In this document: positions 52,686 through 64,000 of the stretch, piece after piece | Position numbering within the stretch: the stretch's first letter is position 1 | How the letters are laid out: each line of letters starts with the position of its first letter | Assembly: GCF_963921235.1 (NCBI RefSeq) | Contig: NC_086108.1 | Coordinates: 92,940,001-93,004,000, forward strand | Direction of reading: 5' to 3' | Source: Mobula hypostoma | Taxonomy: Eukaryota | Length of the DNA stretch: 64,000 bases | Position numbers and translations under genes: made by a program | Notes under the pieces: model-generated | What the model was told of the DNA's origin: nothing | Database searches by the model: none | The model's input: the letters and a program-made list of their open reading frames with translations, nothing else

Positions 52686-53720
52686 TGTCATGGGGGGGGT
52701 GGTGTTGAGAGGTAGACCCAAATGTAAGACACAGACACTGAAGTACGAAGGAACTGGACTGGACTAGGCTTAGGGATGGGATAGGACACAGACTAGGAGC
52801 TGGGACAAGAACACAGACTTGGGCTAGGACTTGGCTAGGAAAGCGGGACCAGGACCAGGAACTAAGAACTAGGAGCCTGGGCTTGGACTCCGAGCCAGAG
52901 ACTGGACAAGGACCCAGTAACTGGGTCTTGACTCAGGCTCAGACTCCAGAACTGGGCGAAGACGTGATGTGGCTACAGAACTGGATGTGGAACTCCTGCA
53001 CAGGACGAGGCACATGGATAGGACAAGAACCCGAAGTCTTGACTTGGTCTTGGGAGAACGGGCAGCAGAGACCTGGTCTTGGCAGAACAGGAACGCAGAG
53101 ACCTGGTCTTGGCAGAACAGGAACGCAGAGACATGGAACACAGAGCCAGGACCCCTCCTTCGGAACAGGACTTGGGGCCAGGGCTCTACACAGAGTCAGG
53201 ACCCCTCCTAGGGATCAGGACATAGGGCCAGGACTCTTACACAGAACACAGAGAGACAGTTTCCAACAAAAGGTAGCAGCAAACAGCCGGACCTACCTAG
53301 CAAAGGCGTGGACATGGAGACGGTTCTCAATGCAAGGTAGCGGCAAACGGCCGGACCTACCTAGCGAAGGTGTGAACACAGAGATGGTTCCCAATATAAG
53401 GTAGCAGCAAACGGCCAGACCTACCTAGCGAAGGCATGGACATACAGACAGTTCCCAACACAAGGTAGCAGCAAACAGCCAGAACTACCTAGCGAAGGTG
53501 AGGACACAAAGAGGCAGTTTCAAACAATGAAAGACAGTTCCTTATCTAGACACAGCAAGGTTCCGGTCTTGTTCCGGTGGTAGAACTTGACGTGAGAATA
53601 GGCAAGGACGCAGGCGAGGCTTCAGCCAAGGGCTACAGAAGGAAGGGGAGGGGAAGGGAACAGTCCAGCCACCCAAGCTGAACCCAGGAGCTATTTATAT
53701 AGCAGCCCAAAACGAGAATC
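52686..53720 (-). mobile_element. LTR-like insertion with internal tandem repeats
   Basis: Begins tgtcat. 30-bp repeats at about 53064-53135, four roughly 62-bp repeats at about 53260-53520, and a minus-strand TATA (tataaatag) at about 53692. Confidence 0.55.
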
Positions 53721-56033
53721 ACCTTTGCCTCTTCTCCCCGCTTCCCTTCTGAGTCACAGAACAGAACCAGACTCAGTCGCAGAGACCCGATCACTATGAC
53801 TTTCCTCTGTTAGGTCATCCTCAACAGTATCCAAAGTGATATACCTGTTGTTGAGGGGGATGGCCACAGGGATACCCTACATTGTCTCCTTAACCCTTTT
53901 CCTCTTTCTGACTGTCACCCAGTTTCCTGTGTCCTGCACCTTGGATGAAGCTCCTCTCTATATGTCCTATCTGTCACCCCCTTTGCCTCCCGAATGATCC
54001 AGAGTTCACCCAGTCCCAGCACCCACTTAACATGGATTGTTAGAAGCTGCAGCAGGATGCTCTTCTCACAGTTGTAGTTGTCAGGGACACAGGAGGCCTC
54101 CTTGCCTTCCCGAAGAGCTAAAGCCTCCAAATCTCCACTCCGACTTTACCCACTCCGACAGTGACTGCTCTGCTTGCCTGTGCCTTACTTTAATTTGTTC
54201 TTGCTAATCAATCCCAAATGCCAATTGGCCACTGATCAAAGTTCCAAAAGCAAATTGCCGTGAATTGCTGAATTTAAAAGTCGATCAGCGAACCTGAGTG
54301 AATTATGTCTTCTGAAATTTCTGATCTCTCTGATTGGTTGCTGGCCACACCCTGCATAAGGACTCCAAGGCCTCGAGTCCTGCCAGGAGAAAGATTGAAT
54401 TTGATCCAGAGCAAGTTGTTTGTTTTCACTTTAGAACATAATAATATATGAGAATTATATATAAACTCCTATGTTTTTGCAATTCCTGAAGAATCCTCCA
54501 TTTAAAGCAGAAATAAATATGCAGCACCCATTTTGGTTTTAATGTTGGTTGGCTGCATGACAGATAATTAAAGCAGAATCTAGGAGTGAGGCTGCCCTTC
54601 TGATGTTTTAAGGAAGCTGCATTCCTGTAACCTAGCACTATGTCTCACTGACACAAGAGATTCTGCAGGTGCTGGAAATCTTGATCAACGTGCACAAGAC
54701 ACTGGAGGAGCTCAACAAGTCAGACAGCACCTACAACTCCTCTTCCCCTCCTCCAACCTGCTGGCTTCTGCCCCCTTCCTTTCCAGTTCTGATAGAAACA
54801 TCTCAGCTGGAAACATCAACTGTTTATTCTCCTGCCTGACTTGCTGACTTTCTCCTGCATTTTGAATGTGTTACTCACTCCTAGAGCCCAGTTTTTCAGA
54901 CTTAACGGGGAAGTCAGCTTCTGAGGTACTTAGAGCAGTACTGCACAATACAGGCCCTTTGACCATGATGTTGTGCACACCTTTTAACCTACTCCAAGAT
55001 CAATCTGACCCTTTCCTCCCACATAGTCCTCCTTTTACTTTCATCCATAAGCCCATGCAAATGTCCCTAATGTACCTGCCTCTACCACCACCCTCAGCAC
55101 TGCACTCCATGCATTTACCACTCTCCGTGTAAAAATACTACCTCGGACAACTTACCTTTGACATTCCCACTGTACTTTCCACCAATCACCTTAAAGTTAT
55201 GCCTCCTCTCTGCCCTGAGGAAAAGGTACGGACTGTCTACTCTATCAATGCCTCTTATCATTTTGTACACAGGTAGAAGCTTTAGAGAGGGTGCAGAGAA
55301 GATGTTTCAGGATGTTGCCTGGATTAGAGAACATGCTTTATGAAAATAGATTGAGCAAGCTTGGGCTTTTCTCTTTGCAAAATAGAAGATAAGAGGTGAC
55401 TTAATAGAGGCATCACTTGAGTGGACAGACAGAGACCTTTTCACAGGGCAGAAATGGCTAATACGGGGGGGGGGCATAATTTTAAGGTGATTGGAGGAAA
55501 GTATGGTGGGGATGTCAGAGATAAGTTTTTTTACACAGAGTTGTAGGTGTATGGGATGCCCTGCTGGGGGTGGTGGTAGAGGCAGATCTTTAGGGACATT
55601 TAAGAAACTCTTAGATAGGCATATTATGGTTGTCCATCATGTCTGACAATGACAGGAAACCTGTGCAGGAGAGTATTTAAAGTGGAAAAGCCATTGGACT
55701 GGGGCAGTTCCACTCTCCCGACTTCAGAAGTCCTGGTCCAGTGGTACTAACAAGCATCACAAACTGCGGGGCATGAATGATAAAAAAAAAGAGGGCTATG
55801 TAGGAGGGAAGGGTTAGATTGATCTTAGAGTAGTTTAAAAGATGGGCACAACATTATGGGTCAAAAGTGCTGTACAGTACTGTAGTGTTCTGTGCTCTAC
55901 TTCCAACTCGATCAAGTCACCGTTCATCCTCCTTCGCTCCAAAGGGAAAAGTCCTAGCTCACTCAACCTCTCCTCGTAAGGTATGCTTTCTAACCCAGGC
56001 TGCATCCTGGTAAATGCCCACTGCCCACTCTCT

Positions 56034-58055
56034 TTTTTTTAATATAATTTTTATTGAGTTTTCAAAGTAATACATGAGAAAAAAAATATCTACCCTCCCC
56101 CCTCCCCTTAACCCTCCCCCCCCGATATATACTCCTACCTAAAAAGAATGGAAAAAAATGGAACTGCCTGAATATTGGAAGGTTTGCACATGCTCCATGG
56201 GATAAAAATAAATTTAATATATATTTGTTACTTTCCCCCAAGGAACCAAGATCTTCATCATCGGAACTATAAATAAGGGCTCCAAATATTCAAAAATGTT
56301 ACATATTTGTCTCTTAAAATCTAAAACATTACTTAGCTTCTCAACCCTCATAGTTCCCTGGGGAATCTCTTTGAACTTCACCATGTTGCTATGTGTTGCC
56401 CTCCCAATCATCCAGGCAAAAAGAAAAAAAAGATAGATAAGATACAAAAAAAGAAAAAACAAAATACCCCCCCACTAATGTTGTGAATGAAAAGATACAC
56501 AACACTACCCCCCTACATTGTGCAGGTCGTGGCTATTGCCACGTTTGCACACATGAATAACGCAGCGATTGGTCAGTGTTTCTTCCAGCTCCACTGTAAC
56601 AAAAAAATTATATATATATAGAAAAAAAAAGTTATTATTCCCAGCTAATATTCATCAAATTTTAACTTTTCTTCCTCTCCCTCATATAATTAATAATATA
56701 CTTATATATTCATCCACCTAAAAATTCAACAGGCCTAATCCTTGATCCAGTCTTCATCTTCAATCCATCTCGCTCCCCTAAGTTTGTTCTTGTATCTGGT
56801 GAATATTCAAAGAATCTCGCACAAACTCCTCCGCTTTCCGGTAATCATCAAAAAATCTTTTTTCTCCACCAGGCAAAAAAATCTTCAAGGTTGCAGGATA
56901 ACACAATATAAATTGATAACCGTGATCCCACAGGGCTTTTTTCACTGGATTAAACTTCTTCCTTCTTTTCAAAAGTTCATAACTTATGTCAGGGTAGAAA
57001 AAAATTTTCTTCCCTTTTATCATCAGTGGCCCTTTTCTCTTCTTGGCAGCTTGGGCAGCTGCCTGTAGAATCCTTTCTTTGTCTTGAAATCTTAAGAATT
57101 TTATTAAAATTGATCATGGATATTGGTCATCTTGTGGTTTTGGTCTTAGAGCTCTAGGTACCCGCTCAATTTCAATTGATCGGTCTTCCTCTTTCATTTG
57201 CAAGGTTTTCGGGACCCATCTTTGAAAAAATTCTATTGGATTATCTCCCTCTATACCTTCTTTAAGACCAACAATATTAATGTTATTACGTCTACTAAAA
57301 TTTTCCAACACGTCCACTTTCTCCAAGAGTCGATTTCTTTCCATGTTCCAGACAAGCACATTATTTTCTGTTTTTTCCACTCTATCGTTAATACGCTCCA
57401 TTGTTCTTTCCATCTTCTGAAGTTTCTTATCCATTTTATCCTGTCTTTTCATAGCTTTATCATAGCACATCTTCACGTCTCTAAGCTCTGTTCTTAATTT
57501 TCTTAGTTCAGCCGTTAATTGCAATAAAGCCTCTCTTATGTCTCTGTCGTCTCCTTTACTTCCAGTCTCTTCCAGTTCTTCCTCCTCTTCTTCATCTGTA
57601 TTCTCTGCGATATCGAATTCTGACTCTGAGTCACTTTCAGCTGCAGTGGCCGTCGGTTCTTGTAGTTTAAATTGTGTCGGTTTGCGCATGCGCTCTTCTT
57701 TGCGCATGCGCAGTTCCAGCATCTTCTTTCGAGAGACCGCTACCGCCGTCATTGCTCCCCGTTCTTCTACGCCAGAGATAAAATGCATCTCCTCCGAAGG
57801 AGATCCAACCTGAATCCGAGGCTCCATCGCTGCAGTAGGCCCTTTTTTCTTCCCGTCTCGCGGCGACTTCACAACAACAGACTTCTTCTGTTGCGGTTTA
57901 CGAAGCATATCGTAGAGTAGTCTTACAAAGTTTATAAGTAGTTTTCAGAAAGTATTTATTAACTTTACTTTGTTTAACCGGTACTTTGCTGATTTTTTAC
58001 GGGAGAGCTGGATTTACACGTCTCAATCCTACGTCATCACATGACGCCCCCCCCC
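56034..58055 (-). mobile_element. Complete ORF1-only L1 derivative (about 2.0 kb), inserted in a CR1
   Basis: G-rich 5' end, ORF1, inter-ORF spacer, only the last 16 or so codons of ORF2, 3' UTR, aataaa and polyA. 17-bp TSD cccactgc(c/a)cactctct at 56017-56033 and 58056-58072. Confidence 0.88.
56778..57908 (-). pseudogene. L1 ORF1p (coiled coil, RRM, CTD) with one in-frame stop
   Basis: ORFs 57114..57908 and 56778..57023 are in the same frame. Motifs LENFSRRNNINIVGLKEG, IEIER, IFFYPDIS and YPATLKI. Confidence 0.9.
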
Positions 58056-58994
58056 CCCACTGCACACTCTCTAAAACTTCCACATCCTTCCTATTATGGG
58101 TGACCAGAACTAAACACTATACTCCAAGAGTGGTCTAACCAGAGTTTTACAGAGATGCACCATTTGAACTCGATGCACCAGCTCTTGAACTCGATCCCCC
58201 AATTAATGAAGGCCAACACACCATTCGCCTTCTTAACCACCGTATTAATACATAGCAAATTTGAGGGAACTATGCATGTGTACCCCAAGATCTTTCTGTT
58301 CTTTCACACTGCTAAGAATCCTGCCATTAACCAGAGTAGAGAAGGAGAGCCAAACCAACTAGTTAAGTGTTTGCCCAGAACTGCCTGCAAGATGAGAGGA
58401 GCACAAGGCTGTTATGCACATCACCGTCCTCACTTTCACCCAAACCTGGCACCATCTGTGAAGGATCAGGTGACCAGAACTCTAAATGTACTTAAGTAGA
58501 CTGTTATCTCTCTTCCATGTCCAGAGGATTTCAGAAGAAGCTCATTGATAGCAGGGTGAATCTGGGAGGGTCTACTCATGTTCCTCTCCAATGACATACA
58601 GTTCTGAAACTAGATTATTTTTCTACTTCCTTTGGTGGGCCTTAAAGATTAAACACAGATTGCCTTAGTTTGTCACATGTACATCGAAACATGGAATGAA
58701 ATATGTTGTGTCTGTCAAATCCAATCAGTGAGGATTGTGCTGGGAAGCCCACAAGTGTCTGAAAAATCAAATTTCCAAGTAAATGTTATTATCAAATTAC
58801 ATAAAGTATATGTCACCACATACAACCCTGAGATTCATTTTCCTGTGGTCATACTCAGCAAATCTATAGAATAGTAACCATAGCAGGATCAATGAAAGAT
58901 CAAGTAGAGTGCAGAAATCAACAAACAGTGCAAATGCAAATATAAATAAATAGCAATAAATAACGAGAACATGAAATGGCAAGGTAGTGTTCTT

Positions 58995-60105
58995 GTCTAT
59001 GAGAATAGACAATAGACGGCAGGTGCAGGAGTAGGCCCTTCGGCCCTTCGAACCAGCACCGCCATTCACTGTGATCATGGCTGATCATCCACAATCAGTA
59101 CCCTGTTCCTGCCTCCTCCCCATATCCCTTGACTCCGCTATCTTTAAGAGCTCTTGCTAACTCTTTCTTGAAAGAATCCAGAGAATTGGCCTCCACTGCC
59201 TTCTGAGGCAGAGCATTCCACAGATCCACAACCCTCTGTGTGAAAAAGTTTTTCCTCAACTCCGTCCTAAATGATCTATCCCTTATTCTTAAACTGTGAC
59301 CTCTTGCTCTCGACTCCCCAAACATCAGGAATATGTTTCCTGCCGCTAGCATGTCCAATCCTTTAATAATCTTATATATTTCAATCAGATCCCCTCTCAT
59401 CCTTCTAAATTCCAGTGTATACAAGCCCACTCGCTCCAGTCTTTCAACATATGATATTCCTGCCATCCCTGGAATTAACCCAGTGAACATACGCTGCTCT
59501 CCCTCCATAGCAAGAATGTCCTTCCTCAAATTTGTAGATCAAAACTGCACACAATACTCCAGGTGGGGCTCACCAGGGCCTTGTACAACTGCAGAAGGAC
59601 CTCTTTGCTCCTATACTCAACTTCCCTTGTTATGAAGGCCAACATACCATTAGCTTTCTTCACTGCCTTAGTTTGAGTAGGTTGAGGGAACTTGGCCTTT
59701 TCTCCTTGGAGTGATGGAGGATGAGCAGTGACCTGATAGAGGTATACAAGATAATGAAAGGCATTGATCGTGTGGATAGTCAGAGGCTTTTTCCCAGGGC
59801 TGAAATGGCTAGCACGAGAGAGAGCACAGTTTTAAGGTGCTTGGAAGTAGGTACAGAGGAGATGTTAGGGGTAAGTTTTTTTTTACGCAGAGAGTGGTGA
59901 GTGCGTGGAATGGGCTGCCGGTGTCAGTGGTTGAGGCATATACGATAGGGTCTTTTAAGAGACTCCTGGGTGGATACATGGAGCTCAGAAAATAGAGGGC
60001 TATGGGTAAGCCTTGGTAGTTCTAAGGTAAGGACATGTTCGGCACAGCTTTATGGGCCGAAGGGCCTATATTATGCTGTAGGTTTTCTATGTTTCTCTAT
60101 GTTTC
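58995..60105. mobile_element. Two CR1 3' ends joined head-to-head (58995-59670 minus, 59670-60105 plus)
   Basis: ORF 59095..59529 (-), and a plus-strand copy matching the 20300-20720 family with a ttctatgt tail. Confidence 0.85.
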
Positions 60106-60552
60106 TAAGTGAAATCATTGGTTGTGGGAACATCTTAATGGATGGGCAAGTGAGTGTAGTTATCCCCTTTTTTTCAAGAGCCTAACTGGACTTTCAATAA
60201 AGAATCTTACACAGAAATATCCTGAGTGATCCTAAAAGCCAGACGTTTGTTCAACATGTGTAAAGACCAAATTTTATATGTTCCATTGACTTGTAGATGT
60301 GAGTAATTGTTCTTGAGAAGATAAAGGTCAGCCTGGAACCCTGCATGATCTTCTGGTGAAGGTACATCAGTGTAATTGTCTTGGGAGTTCCATTATTTTG
60401 ACCCAGTGATAATTAGGAAAGGGGGTTAAATTTTTAAGTCAGGATAAAAGATGGTTTGTGACTGAGAAGGAATCTTACATTCTTCTCATGCACCTGCTTC
60501 CTTTGTCCATCCCTGGGTGGTTCTGAGATGTGCTTTTGAAGAAGCCTTTGTG

Positions 60553-61147
60553 ATAGACCATTAGACATAGGAGCAGAATTAGGCCATTCGGCCCATCAAG
60601 TCTGTTCTGCCATTCTATCATGACTGATTTATTATGCCCCTCAACCCCATTCTCTTGTCTTCTCCCTAACACCTTTGATGTCCTAACTAATCAAAAACCT
60701 ATCAACTTCCCTTTTAAATATACCCAATGACTTGACCTCTACTGCCATCCATGGCAATGAAATCCACAGATTCACATTCTAGCTAAAGAGATCCCTCCTC
60801 ATTCACAGTTCTAAATGAATGTCCTTCTATTCTGAAGTTTGGTCCTAGACTTCCCCACCATAGGAAACATCCTCATTGCATCCATTCTATCTAGGACTTT
60901 CATTATTCGATAGGTTTCAATGAGATTGCCCCATATCTTCTAAGCTCCATTGAGTATGGGCCCAGAGACATCAAATATTCCTCACTTTACTTTCCTGGGA
61001 TAATTCTTGTAAACCTTTTCTGGATCTCTCCAGTGTCAGCACATCCTTTCTTCGATAAGGGGCCCAAAACTCCTCACAATACTCCAAGTGCGGTCTGACC
61101 AATGCCTCATAAACCATCAGCATCACATCCTTACTTTTATATTCTAA
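60553..61147 (-). mobile_element. CR1-clade LINE 3' end, degraded
   Basis: Tail agaccattagacataggagcagaattaggccattcggccc and remnant VRPHLEY (actccaagtgcggtctgacc). Confidence 0.82.
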
Positions 61148-61254
61148 AGCATTTATATAGCACTGTGTACTTTATAAATGCAGGCACGGTACCCAGAGGC
61201 AGAAAAAGTGAATGTTTCAAGAAGTGAGGTCTATGGTCCAGTCGTCATCAGGTA

Positions 61255-62010
61255 GCAGAGGTGGAGAGTTTCAGTAACTTTAAATTCCTTGGTATTATCA
61301 TTTCAGAAGGTCTATCCTGGGACCAGCATGTAAGAGCCATTACAAGGAAGGCATGGCAGTGCCTTTACTTCATTATAAGTTTGTGTAGATCCAGCATGCC
61401 ATCTAAAACTTTGAAAAACTTCTATAGATGCACAGTGGTGAGTACCTTGACTGGTTGCATCACGGCCTGGTATGGAAACACCAATGCTCAAGAATGGATA
61501 CAGGCCTGTGCGTCACCGGTAAAGCTCTCCCCACCACTGAACACCCCTCAAGCAGCAACCATCATCATCAAAGATCCCCAGCATCCAGGCCATGTTCTCT
61601 TCTCACTGCTGCCATCAAGAAGGAGGTACATGAGTCTTAGGTCCCACACCAACAGGTTCAGGAATAGTTATCACCCTTCAACCATTGGGCTCCTCAGCCA
61701 GTGTGGATAACTTCACTCACCTCAACACTGAACAGATTGCGCAACCTGTGGACTCACTTTCAAGTACTCTACAACTCATATTCTCAGTACTATTTCTTTA
61801 TTTTTTAAATTTATTTTTATTATTTGTTTTTTTTGTATTTGCACAGTTTGTCTTTTGTACATTCGCTGTTTGTCAGTCCTTGTGTGTAGTTTTTCCATTG
61901 TATTGTACTTCTTTGTTCTACTGTGAATGCCTGCAAGAAAATGAATCTCAGGGTAGTATATTGTGATATATGCATGCATAGTTTGGGAATAGATTTACAT
62001 CTAACTTTGA
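61255..62010 (+). mobile_element. Rex1/Babar-type LINE 3' fragment and 3' UTR
   Basis: ORF 61261..61710, NFKFLGIIISEGLSW..FYRCTVVSTLTGCITAWYG..IIKDPQHPGH. Confidence 0.85.
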
Positions 62011-63229
62011 ACATTCAAGGAGTTATGAATGGATAGGTGATCGGTAAAATCCCTGTACCTGATCCACAGAAGGAGGAGGAAAGGTCATTGCAGATGCAAA
62101 TAAAGATGTTTGGGCCTAAGATATTGACTTGTAGAAATCCTGCAATGATATCCAAGGTAGAGACAATTGTCCTCCAGCAACTTCTGCCATTATCTCTAGT
62201 CAGAAGAAAGTCCAAGCAACTTCATCTTAGGTAAGGTTCCTTATTGCTGCACTTTGTCAAATGCTCTCTTGAACTTAACTCTGCACATTTCTTGCCACAC
62301 CTTTGGATTTCAGTACTTTAGTTGTTATTTGGCAAGGCTTTACGGCATCTTGAGCCACAATCTGTCTGGTTTGTGAATATCTCTCTATGCTCATTAATTT
62401 TCTCATTGAGCTGGTCCTGGCAGGCTGCCCAGAACACTCTGACAAATGTAGAAGTTGGCTGCAGCGAACCTGAATACTCCCACAATACAGCTTCCAAAGA
62501 TAAGTTCAAAACTATGAAATCATTCTTTTTGTACTTTAAAGGTATTTTCAGGGCATTTGATTTATTATAAAAGATCCTAGCTGTACTAGGTTCCAAATGT
62601 GACTAACAATTTCTTGTGAAAAAGTAGCATTGTAATTGTGAAAATGACAGTGTTTTATCTGTGTGAATTGCTACATAATCTCTTATCAGTAGTATTTCAG
62701 AGCTATAGAATTTCAAATAATATGCCATTAATCCCTGTAAGTATTAAACTCTGTAATTCATTCAATCCAGTTTTTCATCACTTGTCATTACTTCTTCTCT
62801 TTGCAAGTTATTTGAATATTTTTAGACCAGAGATAAACTCAGAAAATGTTTCCGTTCATTCCTCATCTTACCCTATTAATTTCTGGTAGAGTTGCCAGAA
62901 ATCATCAAAAATTTATCAGAAATAAGCTGTCAGAGGAATTCAGAATGAGATCTTCTTCTCATTCCACCGTGGTTCTGTCCTTCACTATTTTAACTCCCAC
63001 AGAAGGCTCAGGGTGTAACATTAAAGTAACACACACAAAATACTGGAGGAATTCAGCAGGTCAAGCAGCATCTCAAGGCTTAGCTCCATCCCTAAACGAT
63101 GAACAATTTGAAGGTCCAAGAGTGTCTCCCTTACACTCGGGATTTATTTAATCCCTCAAGAGTCTTTGCATGATATGATTATCATCTAGTCACAACCAAA
63201 GCAGAGCTCACCTCTCTTAATAACTCATA

Positions 63230-63700
63230 CCTCCCAGTCCCAGTAACATTCTTGTGAATCTTCTCTGCACCCTCTCAAGTTTAATAACATTCTTCTTATG
63301 ATATGGTGCCCAGAATTCCACAGAATATTCCAAGTGTGGTCTGATCAAAGTTTCATAGACCTGTAACATAACTCCCCAGTTTTCCTACTCAGTGCCCCAA
63401 ATGATGAAGCCCAAGTGTGGCACATGCCTTCTTCATCAACCTGTCTACCTGAGTTGCAACTTTCAAGGAACTATGTACCTGTAGCCCTAGGTCTCTCTGT
63501 TCTACAATGCTCCCCAGGATCCTGTCATTCACTGTAGGTGTCCTTTGCAAAATGCATCACTTTGCACTTGTCTGTGTTAAATTCCATGTTCCATTCCCTT
63601 GGCCACTGTCCCTGCTGATCAAGAACCTGTCATAAGTTCAGGCAACCTTCTTCACTGAGCTGTCCACACCACCATATTTGACATTATCTGCAACCTGACT
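63230..63700 (-). mobile_element. Old CR1-clade fragment
   Basis: ttccaagtgtggtctgatc and tgaatcttctctgcaccctctc motifs match other CR1 copies. Confidence 0.75.
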
Positions 63701-64000
63701 AATCAAAGTTGTCCAAGAGGATCAGTCTGACACTCTCTGGAATGTAAGGCAGAGTTTTAACCTCCTTGACCTCACCCGTCGATTCTAATGTTTGGCATTT
63801 ATGCAGGTGAACACATCAGAGAGAAACTGATGGTCATCGAGGCTCATGTGTCCCACAGAGTGAGTTCTTGGGACAGTGAAACCTCAGGATTCAGGCCTGT
63901 CACTGTTATGGCCCCAACATTCGCACTGGCAAGCAGAAATTGCCTGTGAAGAACTTCTACTGTGGGAGAGCGTCCAGTGCATAGCCAATAAAGTATTCTA

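Larger units (their letters stand above)
49713..54110 (-). mobile_element. Long decayed CR1 (ORF1 remnant, APE, RT); 3' tail continues at about 45815-45980
   Basis: CVPDNYNCEKSILLQLL (ORF1 Cys motif), VIVGDFSFPHINW, VVYLDFSKVFDKVPHGRL and LYKMLVKP. Confidence 0.85.

Noticed and set aside
62015..62234. ORFs on both strands with a + strand gtaagg donor
   Set aside because: The minus frame (LDIIAGFLQVNILGPNIFICICNDL) is a decayed [16 protein letters not shown] motif.

Overview
This is vertebrate nuclear DNA, most likely from a cartilaginous fish (ray or shark). That assignment is inferred from the repeat repertoire: CR1/HER1-type LINEs, V-SINEs, Rex1/Babar-type LINEs, fish-type L1 and Penelope elements. 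Most of the window is decayed and often nested transposable elements: CR1, Rex1/Babar, L1, a Nimb-like LINE with RNase H, Penelope, Tc1 and mariner MITEs, a Chapaev-like DNA transposon, LTR-like pieces and SINEs. Nearly all ORFs in the supplied track are TE remnants or noise. The host-gene signal is a CpG-enriched promoter-like island at about 17.2-18.0 kb. From it a minus-strand chain of very small, phase-compatible exons (24, 47 and 49 nt, plus tentative downstream ones) encodes an unrecognised Cys/His-rich N-terminus, MSCCGQYEHYCSYMGCPIRPHHCQLCHNAHISFERGGSPQ. Other highlights are about a dozen Penelope-borne minimal hammerhead-ribozyme motifs (several with intact cores), a complete ORF1-only L1 derivative bounded by target-site duplications (TSDs), and a near-fully palindromic mariner MITE. 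All calls were made by eye, and repeat boundaries are approximate unless a TSD or terminal inverted repeat (TIR) is given.
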